A DNA stretch of 64,000 bases from Octopus vulgaris (Eukaryota), in assembly GCA_951406725.2 (NCBI GenBank), contig OX597825.1:53072001-53136000 (forward strand), written 5' to 3'. Below the pieces are notes generated by a model. The model saw nothing but the letters and a program-made list of their open reading frames with translations. It ran no database searches and was not told the origin of the DNA. A program made the position numbers and the translations under genes. Of the stretch, positions 40,385-53,059 are shown in pieces; the first letter of the stretch is position 1; each line of letters begins with the position of its first letter.

Positions 40385-43109
40385 TCAACAAATAAATTAT
40401 ATGCTGATGCTTGCTGGTGTTTGATAAACGTTTAATAGTTCACGAAGAATAAGCAAAGCAACAAACAACTAAGCAATAACCCATTCATTCATTCTCAATA
40501 CAATCCAGCTGCTTTGAACGTAAATAGTCTGATCGCTGTTGTACATTGTCATCGAAAGTAATCTCCTTTATTTAGAGGATAGCTTTTCATAACACACGTG
40601 ATCCATTTATATAAGGAGACATGCATCAAAATCCACCAACATCAAAGAAACCCCTTAAAAATTCACTTTCGAATTTTCTGAATATATTGTAAATGAATAC
40701 AAATGTTATTGTTCAGGCTTGCTGTTTTGTGTGCACCTTATGGATTATTTTTCAAGAAGCATTTATGTAAAAGTTCCTTTTGCGAGATTTATTAAATTGA
40801 TGTCTGCTAAATTGCTCTCGTTCATTCGTGTTATTTTTTTAAATATGTACTAATCAACTTCTAGTATTGAATAAATTTTGAAATAAGATTTTCCCCCAAA
40901 TTCAACTTCTGTTATGTGAAATAGCTGGAAAAACTAATATATATGATTAATATCGTTGTTGTTTTTGAATATTCTCTTAATTAGAATTTCACAATTTCTT
41001 GTACTCGGTTATATTTGGTCCGTGTTTAAATGACAATCCAAAGAAGTTTAGCGTTTCGGGCAAAGAAGGAATTAAGTCATTACATACTTTTTCTAAGTAC
41101 AACATGTAATCAGATCAATAAAATATGAAAGACATTTCTAAAAATCAAGTGTAGACAGATTTTTCTGCTTGCTTTTGTTTTCTTAAGAAACCAACTACTT
41201 CGTTCGTGGAAAGAATTCCAGTCTTTAAATTTAGAAGAATTAAAAGAAAATTACACAAGCTATCGGTCAGTGTGATCGATCTAAGATCCCTGGGGTTGTG
41301 AAAGAAATTTTAACCATAAGCCACGCCTGAATCTACGGTTCGGATTCTATCTGATGGATTATCTTGTTGATTTGAAGATACAGAGTCTAGCTTATCTGTA
41401 TCTTTCTGCATAAATGTTTTCAGTTTTTTCCTGCATAATTCAATTTCCTTTGTGAGTGATAGTTATACAACATATGTGCACAGGTAAATGCACACAGCCT
41501 GCAGGAAGCATTACTGAATTAGACTGATACTATAATGAGGTCTTTCGAAAATACGGAAAAGATTAGCTGAAAGTGTAAACCTCCATGTTTAATAGCCTAG
41601 AGGTGATGTTTTTTACATATTACTTCCTAGACACCGACGTTTTACTATGATTAAATATGCTTATGTAAACTAGTACCAGGTAGATTTTGAAGGTGATGTT
41701 TAAGAATATATCAAGTTAAATTCCGTAGGTGATGTTTAGTAAAAATATCAAGCAAGAATTTTGGAACATTTGGCAGATAAATGAACTAAGATTTCGTAAT
41801 GCACATAACGTATTTACAACTCTAAATTGACAAGAGGCAATGTGGTACTAAAGTGCATCACTAATGACTTCTCGCTGTGGTTTTCCAATTTTCTAAATAC
41901 AGAAACTATATATAATCTTCTTAACTACTTATCGCATCGAGTTCTTTTTTCTCCTGTTTGTAAACACATAGAGATCCATATGCACATATAAACATGAACA
42001 CACATATTAATATAGGCGTATATATGTGTGTGTGTGCACGTTTATGTGGATGTGTGTGTACACACGCGTACACACATATATATATGTGTATATGTATATA
42101 TATGCATATATGTATATATATGCATATATATATACCTAGATATGTATGTATATATATATATAGATAGATAGATAGATTGGTAGAGAGATAAATAGATAGA
42201 TAGATAAATAGATTCATAGATAGATAGATAGATAGATATATATATAGATAGATAGATAGATGCGTGTGTCTAAGTATGCATGTTTTCGATATTCTATGTT
42301 GTATTGTATATGTGTGTGTATATATATATATATTGTGCTGGTGATAAAAGTCATATATATATATAAGCATGTATGTTTGTATATATGTATTGATCGATGG
42401 CTTAAGCTAAAAGGATGCATGAGAGATGCTCTTACTGCTGTTTACACTCCTTGCATACACGCTAAAAAAAGCGAAAAGCTACGGGCGTGTCTCCTCTCAG
42501 TTCTCTTTCCTTTCAAGACTTTGTGGTGAAATAGACCTCCATGAAGACTATTCCCCAGTGCAAACAAGATAAGAAGCAAAAGATCTAAATACCATGTGTC
42601 ACCGCTGGTGCATGCTCTTATTTGTATAATATAAACGGTTTAGGAGAGAAACGAGGCACAGGAGTAGGTAGGGTTTAGAAATAATTTCTTTATTTGCGAT
42701 CGCAAATATAATATAAATAAATACAGAAGAAAACTTTATTTAAGTAACCAGGATTAAATTCTACTACAATGGCTAATATCCTTAAATTAGAGTCGATTCA
42801 ATGTAGAGATGCTTAGAGTAATGGACACGTTGGAAAACTGGGCCATGCAAAACTCCATATGCACCTGCTGGAAGCAACCTACATGGATAGATTGAATATA
42901 GACGAACTGCACTGTCAAAAACACAACCGCATTGAGTAATGCACATACATGCACACACATACACACATGCACGTCCACATGCACACACACATACACACAC
43001 ACATACACACACAAACACTCATTCATACACTCACGCACACACTCACAAAGTTAAACGCACAGAACGAGGGGGTATGTGAGAGAGAAAAGACGCTGTATCT
43101 AAGGATTCA

Positions 43110-43232
43110 ATGAAACATAGTCCTGGGTTCAAACCCACTCTGTGGCACCTTTTCTGGCTTTCCTCTGTTATAAGCTCGGGCCGACCAAATCCTTGTGGAT
43201 CTGGTAGACGGAAACTGGAAGAGCTCGTTGTA
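43110..43232 (+). mobile_element. 5' half of SINE (47066 family)
   Basis: 'gggttcaaacccactctgtggcacctt...ctcgggccgaccaaatccttgtggatctggtagacggaaactg', followed by a microsatellite. Confidence 0.7.
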
Positions 43233-43243
43233 TATACATATAT

Positions 43244-43280
<37 letters not shown>

Positions 43281-43322
43281 TATATATATCTATCTATATA
43301 TATATATATCTATCTATATATG

Positions 43323-43369
<47 letters not shown>

Positions 43370-43430
43370 ATGTATATATATATATGTATGTGTGTATGTA
43401 TGTATGTATGTATGTATGTATGTATGTATG

Positions 43431-43477
<47 letters not shown>

Positions 43478-43939
43478 GAAGGTTTGAAAATGCAATTTTA
43501 AAAGATGTTTATTTACTTTACCGGTTTCACTTTTTTAGAAAAAGTTTGTCAAAAGTAACATGTAAAAGCTTGGTTGTGTTACTTACTGGTTATCACAAAA
43601 TACTACAATACATATATACATTGATAATAAGAACAGGTTAAGAACATCTTACAAGGGAAAATCTTGGGAAAATATAAAAAAAGATAAAGAAGTTCATTAA
43701 AATATCGGGCACAAAAGATTACAACATATATATACATTCTGAAGAACATGTTAAAGATAGTTTCCAGAAGGAATTATTAAAAAGTTCAGTGGAATATTGG
43801 TATTGTATCTGTATATATATATATATATATATATACACACAGAGAATATTATAAGTTCAAAAAAGTTTACATTTTAGTAGTAGTGTAGCTTAAACTGACC
43901 TGGTTCACCATGTTATCGTAAATGACTATTTTCTATTTC

Positions 43940-45400
43940 AAGGGACAGTGTAGGTGTGTTTGGGTGGGGGAAGAAAGAGTAATGTGGAACTGAAAATAAA
44001 TTTTTTCGTCTCCCCTTCAAGCATCAATGATTTGGGGGGATGGTCTTTAGAGGTTAGAATGGTGTGTGTGTGTGTGTATACATATACATGTGTTTGTTTG
44101 TGTGTGTGGACCGTTTTTGATTGGTCCCAGGGTTTATTGTGGTGTAAATAGATGTGACTGTGTTTGTTTGTAAAATTTGGTAGGATGGTGTTTGTATATA
44201 TGTGCCCGTTTGTCAACCGTGTGTGTGATTGTCTGGTGTTGTGTGATTGTGTGTGTATGTGCGTGATTGGTATTTGTCATGGTGCTGTGTGTTCGCATGT
44301 GTGTATATGTGCGTCTCTATTGAAGTCAGAATGGTGTGAGTGTGTGTGTACATATATATTCATGTGTTTGTGTGTGTGGGCCGTTTTTGATTGATCCCAG
44401 GGTCCATTGTGGTGTAAATAGATGTGTCTGTGTGTGTTTCTAAAAATTTGGTAGAATGGTGTGTGTATATATGTGCCCGTTTGTATGTGTGTGTGTATGT
44501 GTGTGGTTAATGTTTGTTAGTGTGCGCTAGTGTGTGTATGTATTTGTTCGTATGTGTGTTGGGTTTATCTGGGTGGCGTGTGTGTGTATGCGTTTTGCGT
44601 GTCTTGGTATTCAGTATGTGTTTGTGTGTGTGTATATATGTATGGATATGGTTTATGTAGTTCTGTAGTTTATGTGTGTATGTGTACACGTTTGTGTTTG
44701 CACGTGTGTGTGTGCACGTGTGTGTGTGCACGTGTGTGTGTGCACGTGTGTGTCTTGCATTTGTGAGTTATTTGTTTTGTTTGTATTGTTAGTGAAATGT
44801 GTGTGCATGCGTGTAGGAGTGTTTGTGTTGGTGTGTTTATGTGTCTTGTATTTGTTGGGGAGGTTTGTGTCATTGTGTGTGTGTATGCTTGTGTGTATGT
44901 ATGTTTGTGAATGTTTGCTATAGTTGTAATGTTTGCTATAGTTGTAATGTGCGTGCATGTATGTTTTTTCCTTTTGAATGTGAGTATGTGTGTGATATTA
45001 TTACTGGAGTGCGGGTGTATTCTGTGTGTGTGTGTGTGTACAGGTGTGTGTAAATGCGTGTGTGTTTGTATGGGTTGTGTTGTAGTTGCGTGTTTGTGTA
45101 TTTGTGTGTTTGTGTGGATGTGATTTGTAATTTCGGGGTGGTTGTGTAGGTGTGTGCATGTCCGTATTCACATGTGTGTATATGTGTGAAAGTGTTGGTT
45201 ATGGATGCTAAAATCTTATTGCAAGTGTATATGTGTATGTGTTTTTCTCTTGGGATGTGTGAGGGTTTGTGTTCTAGTGTGAGGATATTGTGTTTGTGCA
45301 AGTGTATTTCCATCGGAGGTTAGCATTGTTTTTGTGTGAGTGTGATTTTGTATATATGTATGTTTTTCTCTGTGTGTTTGTTTTGGATGTGTGCCTGGGG
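43940..45400. repeat. about 1.45 kb TG-rich low-complexity block containing a roughly 155-bp direct repeat
   Basis: 44058-44213 recurs at 44329-44483; lies immediately 3' of the PLE at 45410. Confidence 0.85.
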
Positions 45401-45409
45401 GGTATGTTG

Positions 45410-46448
45410 GAGTATGTTTAGTTTTGGTCTGTATTTTTGAATAAGATTAGTTCCCCTATTATTCGTGTTTGGTCTGTGGTGTTGTCAGGGCATTGGTATA
45501 GTGGGGAAATTAAGATTTTGGAGGACTTATTGTGTGCACGGAGGTCTAAGTGTCCACTAAGTGGTATCTGTCTTGTGGTGGGGCCCCCAGTTGTTGGCGG
45601 TGAACTGTCATCCTTTCTCTGAGGGTAAGGCTCGTTTGCTCTATGTAGTCTTCATGGCACCCTTCACACCTTATGACATAAAGTAAATTTTTGGATGCGC
45701 AGGTGAAATTATTTTTTATGACAAAGGTGTGTCCCGACTGGTATTTGTACGCTGATCCTTCAATGAGGTGAATGCAAGTCCTGCATTTGGAACGACCAAA
45801 CCGGTGGGTTTGTGTTGTGTAATTTTGCATTGGTGAGTAGGTTTTTTAGGGATTTGGGTTGTCTTTTACTTTTTATTATTTTATGAGCTGTAATTTTTTA
45901 GATGTAGGTCTTGATTTAGCTGTGGAATGTTGTATATAATTGTGTAAGCTTCTGCATTTCTACGATTGTGTGTTGAGAGATAGGGGAGTCTATTTCTGTA
46001 CTGTGGATGTGTTTTGATTTTCGGAAGTCTTGGCTCTTTCTATTCACTATTGTCCACTAGTGATGCTGGATAATGTCTTTCGAGAAGAATTGCCCTTAGT
46101 TCTCGGAGTCTTTTATTTCGTGTTGTGTCATTTGAGACAATTGTGCAGATTCTTCTCGCTCGGTTGAAGGGGATATTTGTCTTTGTGTGCTTTGGGTGAT
46201 TGGAGGTGAATATAATGTATTGTTAGGGTTTGGAATGAATGTCAGTTTCAATGCTGATGCCTTTTTTAATGATTAGAATGTCAAGAAAAGGAGTTGGTCC
46301 TGACTATATTCCATTGTGAATTGGATGTGGTTGTTTACACTGTTCATAAGGTTTTTGAAGTCTATAAGTTGGTCGAGTGTGTGTGACCATAGGATGAGGC
46401 AATTATCTAAGTAGCGTTTCCAATTCTCCAACAGGTATTTGTGGAAAG
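45410..46448 (-). mobile_element. Penelope-like element (Neptune-like: CxxC before GIY-YIG), RT C-terminal half plus endonuclease
   Basis: 'WKRYLDNCLILW' (YxDD decayed), 'IQFTME', 'FLDILI', 'SNHPKHTKTNIPFNRARRIC.IVS', 'KCRTC...FTCASKNLLYVIRCEGCHEDYIEQT...LRERMTVHRQQ', ending '...KYRPKLN'. Confidence 0.9.
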
Positions 46449-46489
46449 ACTGGCCGCAATTCTATTATATATATATATATCTTTTTATG

Positions 46490-46672
46490 TATATATGTCT
46501 TTGTGCCTGTGTTGGTGTGTTTACATCCTCAAAACATTGCGGTTCGGCAACAGAGCCGATAGAACAAGGCTTGAAGAAATAAGTGCTGGAGTCGATTCGT
46601 TCGATTTAAACCCTTGTAGGCTATGCATCAGCATGGCTGCAGTCGAAACTGACTGAAAGAAGTTAAAGATAA
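46490..46672 (+). mobile_element. 3' half of SINE (47066 family)
   Basis: 'ggtgtgtttaca...gcggttcggcaa..gccgatagaa...cagcatggctgcagtc' aligns with 47330-47480. Confidence 0.7.
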
Positions 46673-47065
46673 CACACACCCCTTCACACACAAACACAAG
46701 CGCGTGCGTGCAATTATATGTCTCTTAAGCTGACAGTGTCCAATAAATTTACAGAATTTTCACTCTTGACTTTCTTCTTTATTTAGCACGGAATGCGCAC
46801 GTTTGTTTACGCAGCATTATGAAATCCTAGTCTTTATATCTAACGGAAAGTAATTAGTGGATGAGTTGGTATACACGATCAGCAAACTTAAGAGGAAAAT
46901 AAGGGATGTGGTTTCAACTACCATGCCTATTAATACACACATTTTCCGTCCAGGTCTTATATGTCCCAACATTAGACCATTCTCTATAATCTCTCGGTGA
47001 ACGCTTATATGTTAAAAACTTACAATTATTAGTTGCATTATATATATATGTATATATATATATAT

Positions 47066-47228
47066 AGGCGTAGGAGTGGCTGTGTGGTAAGTAGCTTGCT
47101 TACCAACCATGCGGTTTCTGGTTCAGTCCAACTGCGTGGCACCTTGGCAAGTGTCTTCTTTTATAGCCTCGGGCCGACCAAAGCTTTGTGAGTAGATTCG
47201 GTAGAAGTAAACTCAAAGAATCCCGGCG

Positions 47229-47306
<78 letters not shown>

Positions 47307-47497
47307 CTTGTGTGTCTGACAACAGATGCTGGTGTGTTTACGTTTCCGTAACTTAGCGGTTCGGCAAAAGCGACCGATAGAATAAGTACTAGGCTTACAA
47401 AGAATAAGTCCTGGGGTCAATTTCCTCGACTAAAGGCGGCGCGGCGCTCCAGCATGGCCGCAGTCAAATGAGTGAAACAAGTAAAAGAGTAAAGAGT
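47066..47497 (+). mobile_element. near full-length tRNA-derived SINE with internal (TA)n(TG)n tract
   Basis: Head GGCGTAGGAGTGGCTGTGTGGTAAG (A-box) and GGTTCAGTCC (B-box-like); 3' tail 'gtaaaagagtaaagag'; sits in (TA)n; several partial copies in this window. Confidence 0.88.
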
Positions 47498-49589
47498 ATA
47501 TATATATATATATATATATATATTTAATTACTCGTAGGAAATAATATAAGTACATAAGTGGCATCTTGGACATAGAAGCAGTTCAACAAGAGTATGTGAA
47601 TGAATTCAAAGTAAATGAAGGCTTGAATGCAGAGATTAAACAAATGACCTTATATAAAAATGGAGAAACCTTTTACATTCTGCCTGATTTGGATGAAACA
47701 GTCAACCGAATATTTTATAGTTCCACTTGTATTGAATTTAATAAACATTTTAGCAATTGTTAAAGGGGGAAATAGGAATTTAGTGTGTAGGCTGTAACAC
47801 TATTTTAAGTAATGCATGAGCATTAACACGCGCGTATACCTACATTTGTTAATAGAGCTTTAAGACACTCGACGTAAGTTACGACTAGATGTGTGTAGGA
47901 GTAAAATAAAACAATGCATAAAGGTTAATTACTTCTCAGCGAAGACATCAAAAGGTATCTCTGACTAATTAAGCTTAGTTTACATTTTATAGAGCATGCT
48001 AATTTTCCACTCCTAATTAGTCTACAATACTGTATTGAGACTTCAAGATATTACGTCGGCAAATTCGGTGACACATAGTCTTTCTAAAGAGGTTTGATAA
48101 GACTACAATGTATTCGAATTTGTCACCTTCACTTACTTTACTAATTAAAGTGAACTAAGTCATTACGCTAATATTATGTCTTAATGTTAAATTATATGTA
48201 TCTCTAATTAAAATTTTGTATGAACTATGGTCATGGCTGATTAAATAAATGGTTGCAGTTAAAGGTAAACTCGAGAATCTGTACTCTGTGGAAATTTACA
48301 CTGGATTTTTAGACTATAAATGTTTATCCAACTCGGTTGACGTGAAATATACAATATTTCACTTTTTAACTTGACTCTGTGAGAAGAGTTATATCATTTA
48401 GTTATGAATTCTTCTATTGTATGAGATAATTTTTGTCGATTTCTTAAATTAAGGTACTTCTCCACTATACTTATCATTTATATTTTACCTATTTCAGTCA
48501 CTGGACTGCGGCCGTACTGTGGCAACATCTTGAAAATGAGATCATATGGTCAATAAGCGACCATGCGCACATACATAAATACTCATACATACATACATAC
48601 AGACGTGTACACACACATATAAATGAATTATTCTCAACTCTGTTTTTAACAGCCCTATATGTGTGTGAGTGTGTATCTGTGTATGAAAGCATGTGATTGT
48701 GTGTAACATATTCTCTTATTATATAGCTATTAGTCTCTTGTGCTTTATTCTGAACAACACAATCCCTAAAATCAGTAGGCCACAAGTGAACTTCTTCTGG
48801 AAGAAATTATGGCAAAAGTGGAATTTTGATCACTTGCGTTGCAGTTCACCGCAACTTCAAAACATCACGAACATACTACTAAAACAATCACCAATGCTGG
48901 ATTTTAAAATTTTGCAACTGTTGTAGGATAACAAATTTAATGGATTATTGAATGTGTGACGTATGACCGATTTAAATTTTGGGTTATATTTTGCTATAAC
49001 TAACGGTTCCATCATTATTCTTCTCATTCCTGTGGAATTCTGTAAAAGAATGTAGTGCTGTCAACTAAAAGCTTTTCCTAATGCACACATACATACACAC
49101 ACGCACAAATACAGATAGATATATACATATGTATGTATATATTTCTATACATATTCTATATGTGTGTATGTGTAAAAGATACAAAAACATTTTTGCCATC
49201 ACTCAATACCATCATATTCTATTTCCCCTGTGCACCCCTTTCACATGTTGCTGTCACTAACACACAGTCACAAAAAAATTCCCATTCAATAGTCAAAACC
49301 ATCCACTACACTAACCCCCACATTTCTACTCAATGGATAATGGGTCATCCCTTCCATCAATGCACAAATGGAAGATCCAATTCATTGAGGATTGGGTTGG
49401 TAAACATCCACACCATATACCTTTCTTCATTCTTACTGCCCCTCCCCCTTGACAACTCCCACTTGGAAGATGAAGTGAAAGTGCGGATCGTGTCGATAGA
49501 AGGGAGGGCAGAACTGTTATTTTTCTGCATGACTCCTTTTAGGTAGATGGAAATATCACATTCGCTAATGGCTACTGTGAATCAATCAC

Positions 49590-50738
49590 CATGCAAACAA
49601 AGCCAATGCCCTGATAGTTGTTGGGCTCTATAGACCACATCGAACACCCATACTGCGTTTTAAAGAATGCCTCAACACCATTAAGTGCTTTATTCAACAG
49701 TGCCATCTTAGTAACATACTTATGATAGGAAACTTTACTCTACCCTGTGTGTGATGAGTCCACAAACAGTTTCAAACCAGGCACTCCCCACTCAACCGCT
49801 GACAAAGAAGAATTAGTGTCACTTTATGAACGACTTTTTCTTGTCCCAGCTTGTCCTTGCACTAACAAGATATCAGAATATTTTAGATCTAGTGTTTAGT
49901 ATCCCCACTAACACTATACATACGAGGTTAACCTGAAAGGCTCATACTCCCTTTCTTCAGGTGCCACTCTCATGGTATCAAACAACATCAGAGACTAGGG
50001 AGTAATTGTAGACAACATAAGCTGGGTTACTCACATGAACAGCAAAGTCGACATGGTCTGCAGAATGTGCTCCTGGATTCTCACAAATTTCCACTTGTAG
50101 GATATCCATACCATTATCCTTCTCTTTTTCATTGTTGCCCGACTCCACCTTGAATACTGTTGTCCACTGTGATCTCCCCACACGAAACAAAGCATCATGA
50201 AAGTTCAAGCTACTCAAAGGTCAATTACAAAAATGATAGATGGCATGACAGGCAGTAACTAATGGGGTCGACTAGAAAAGCTCAAGCTTTGTACTATTCA
50301 ACGTTGCCTTGAGTGCTACATCTTCTGCATGATGGAGAAAGCATTCCATCAGCATTGTCCAAATGACGGTGCCATCATCTTTAAAGTACATCCGAGACTT
50401 CGGCCCTGTGCTATCTGTCCACAACATAAATGACACTCGAGTTTTATAACAACTATATGATACAATTATTTCACCTCAATCAGCCCCGATCTCTTTAACA
50501 TAACACCAAAACACATCAAAAGAGAGACAAACTCCATAAAGTTCAAGTTGTTGGATAACTTCCTTCAATAAATACTGGATAAACCTCCTACACCTGGATA
50601 TGTCTCCATAAACGATAACTCTCTACCTGAGTGAGCCATGGTGTCCGAATCGTTATTTGAATGACTTCCCCAGGTATGCTATTAAATTAGACATGACTTG
50701 GGTCAATAATGGCCAAAAACTATCAAATTATCAAAGTA
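49590..50738 (+). mobile_element. older CR1-clade LINE copy: APE endonuclease fragment joined by deletion to the RT C-terminus
   Basis: 'VVGLYRP' and 'QLVLALTRYQNILDLVFS' (APE), then 49930-50720 is colinear with 37665-38460; multiple stops. Confidence 0.88.
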
Positions 50739-52407
50739 TATGTATGTATAAATATATACACATACACATTTCAAAGTTTTTATTTTCTTTGTCAGGTTAT
50801 ATAAAAACAATATTAAATTGAAAGGATACTGAACACATTTTAGTACAGTACATATCCATTTTTACAAAGGAACGTTTAAGTGTGATTTCGAATTTTCGAC
50901 TTCCTCGACATCAGCAGAATGCACACACGCACACACACTGATATCTATGTATATACATACATACATGTATATATAAGTATGTATGTATATATATATATAT
51001 TTATATATTTGGTGGGTGTATGCATATATGTAAGCATATGAACGTAAAATAAACAGAGATGAGTTTATTCAGCGACTATTTAATACTATTACATGCGTGA
51101 CAGAAATGGTGGAATGCGAAGCAAATTCCCTTTGCAGTAATTAGTTAAGTCGCTTCATATTTTAGTATCAAATCTCGTGGGGGTTTAACTATGCTTTTCA
51201 TCTCTCCGTGTTAAATAGAATAATATTGAGTTCAAAAAAACAAATCAGCCAGCCTCATAAACGTTTGAACTCAAGACCGTTGGTTATTAATCCATTAGGA
51301 CAATTATTAATTGAGCCAGGCACCCACAGTAGCGAACTGTTACTGAATCACATCAAGGTATCGGCAGCGTGTTGTTATTACCTGCCCTTCAAATGTGTGC
51401 TCACTGATGTGAATAGTTTCATTGGCAGATCAGTTGGAACGTGTCTCAACATCATATTGATTTTGTAATTAAAATGTGATTGGAACAAATTCCACGCCAT
51501 GATAATGCCAATTTAATCCGTTCATCAACATGCCAACAGCTAATTCCGTAGAATAATCTCCGAGAAAAGATACCAATGTCTTGATTGTTGACTAACTCTG
51601 AGGTTGAAAGTTGAAATAATTAACACATAACACTGGAAGCAGAACAGGGAACTTTTGATGAGTTGTTAGAGAGACATAAATAGGAGCTATAGCTTCTACA
51701 CGATAATAAAAACAACAATAACAACAACAATGAAAGTAACTATTATTATTTATGTTATTAGTGATGTTGTTTGTGGTGTGCACCAATGTTTTACATTCGG
51801 AAATAATGTCCTCGATACCGTGTCACAACCAGTTTCCTTAGATACCAAAGACGTTTCGCAAAATACTTGTTTCCAATGCAAAAAACTTTTGAATTAATGT
51901 GACTCTGATATTTACGACAATGTCAAGAAGGGAATTGTTAAGTCTGTTGTTGACGGTACCCAAGATACCTATTACTCCGAGAGAATAATAGGTGCATTTT
52001 ACGTGTCACCGGCACGGGTGTAATTTACATGACATCAGCAACGGCCGCGACTGCGATTTCATGGGTGCCATTAACATGACACTGACAACGACCACGACTA
52101 CGGTTTCATTTGGCTTGATGAGTCTTCTTCTCAAGCACAGCTTATCACCAAGGTCTCGGTAAATTGTCATCACATCCGTCAGATCCAACGTTCGTAATTC
52201 ATGCTACAGGTACCAGTCACAATTACGATTTCATGGGTGCTATTCACATGACACCAGCATTTATATATTTACAAATTCTGGGTTTGGGATATGCATCAGA
52301 AGTTTTCTAGTTGGTACCAATCCCAAAGCACCTGTCGTTATAAGGAATGTATCTGTTTTTAGGCCACATATATAGGTTACCTCTATTTCCAGATATTTAT
52401 ATTTCTG

Positions 52408-52626
52408 TAGAGTGGTAGTATACTGTCAACTTAACGTGACAGTAAGTGGGGGATTACAGCACCGCTGTTTATCCCTAGGAAGCATCGACGCTTGCTGTCG
52501 GCCTTGACACATATCCTAGGAAATGTGTCAAGGCCGACAGGAAGCGTCGATGCTTCCTAGGGCTATACAGCAATGGTGCAACCCCCTCTTACTGTCACGT
52601 TAAGTTGACAGTATACTACCACTCTA
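52408..52626. mobile_element. 219-bp spacer-less palindrome, MITE-like, TA-flanked
   Basis: Outer 39 bp are perfectly inverted; centre is CCTAGG at 52515-52520; TA dinucleotide at both ends. Confidence 0.85.
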
Positions 52627-53059
52627 TCGTCCCACCACCGTACATAACTTTATGAGATATTTAGAAATTTAATATTTCAATATTTCTATAATTTCTTCAA
52701 TTTCATTAAAGACATACTCTTATTTGTTGGGACCAGTTGTTAATTACGAGGAATTTGTTTTCCTGGTTGTTCCTGAGAACAGTATCTGCTCCATTAACGT
52801 TGATCTCCAGGTCTCTTTTATATTGGCATATCCCAGAATATGGTTATATGTCCTTCCCAGAAACCTTTTGTTTTTTCTTCTAAATATTCTTGATGTTAGA
52901 ACAACGTTCAGTCTATGTTAAGCCCAACGTTGTGATGTCAGCGAATGTAATCTCTCCTCACTAAGACTGGGCAGTCAAGGTTGCGGTTAATTTGTTCCAC
53001 ATACCTTCATATTCTGCAGCTTGTCACTGTAGTCAACTTCATTATATATCTTTGGCAGT

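Noticed and set aside
42730-42915. Minus-strand terminal exon (acceptor ...TTTTTGACAG, downstream AATAAA)
   Set aside because: These signals are common by chance in AT-rich DNA, and the peptides are unrecognisable.
47566-47763. Protein-like 65-aa ORF (DIEAVQQEYVNEFKV...)
   Set aside because: No recognisable domain, no ATG start and no convincing splice sites.
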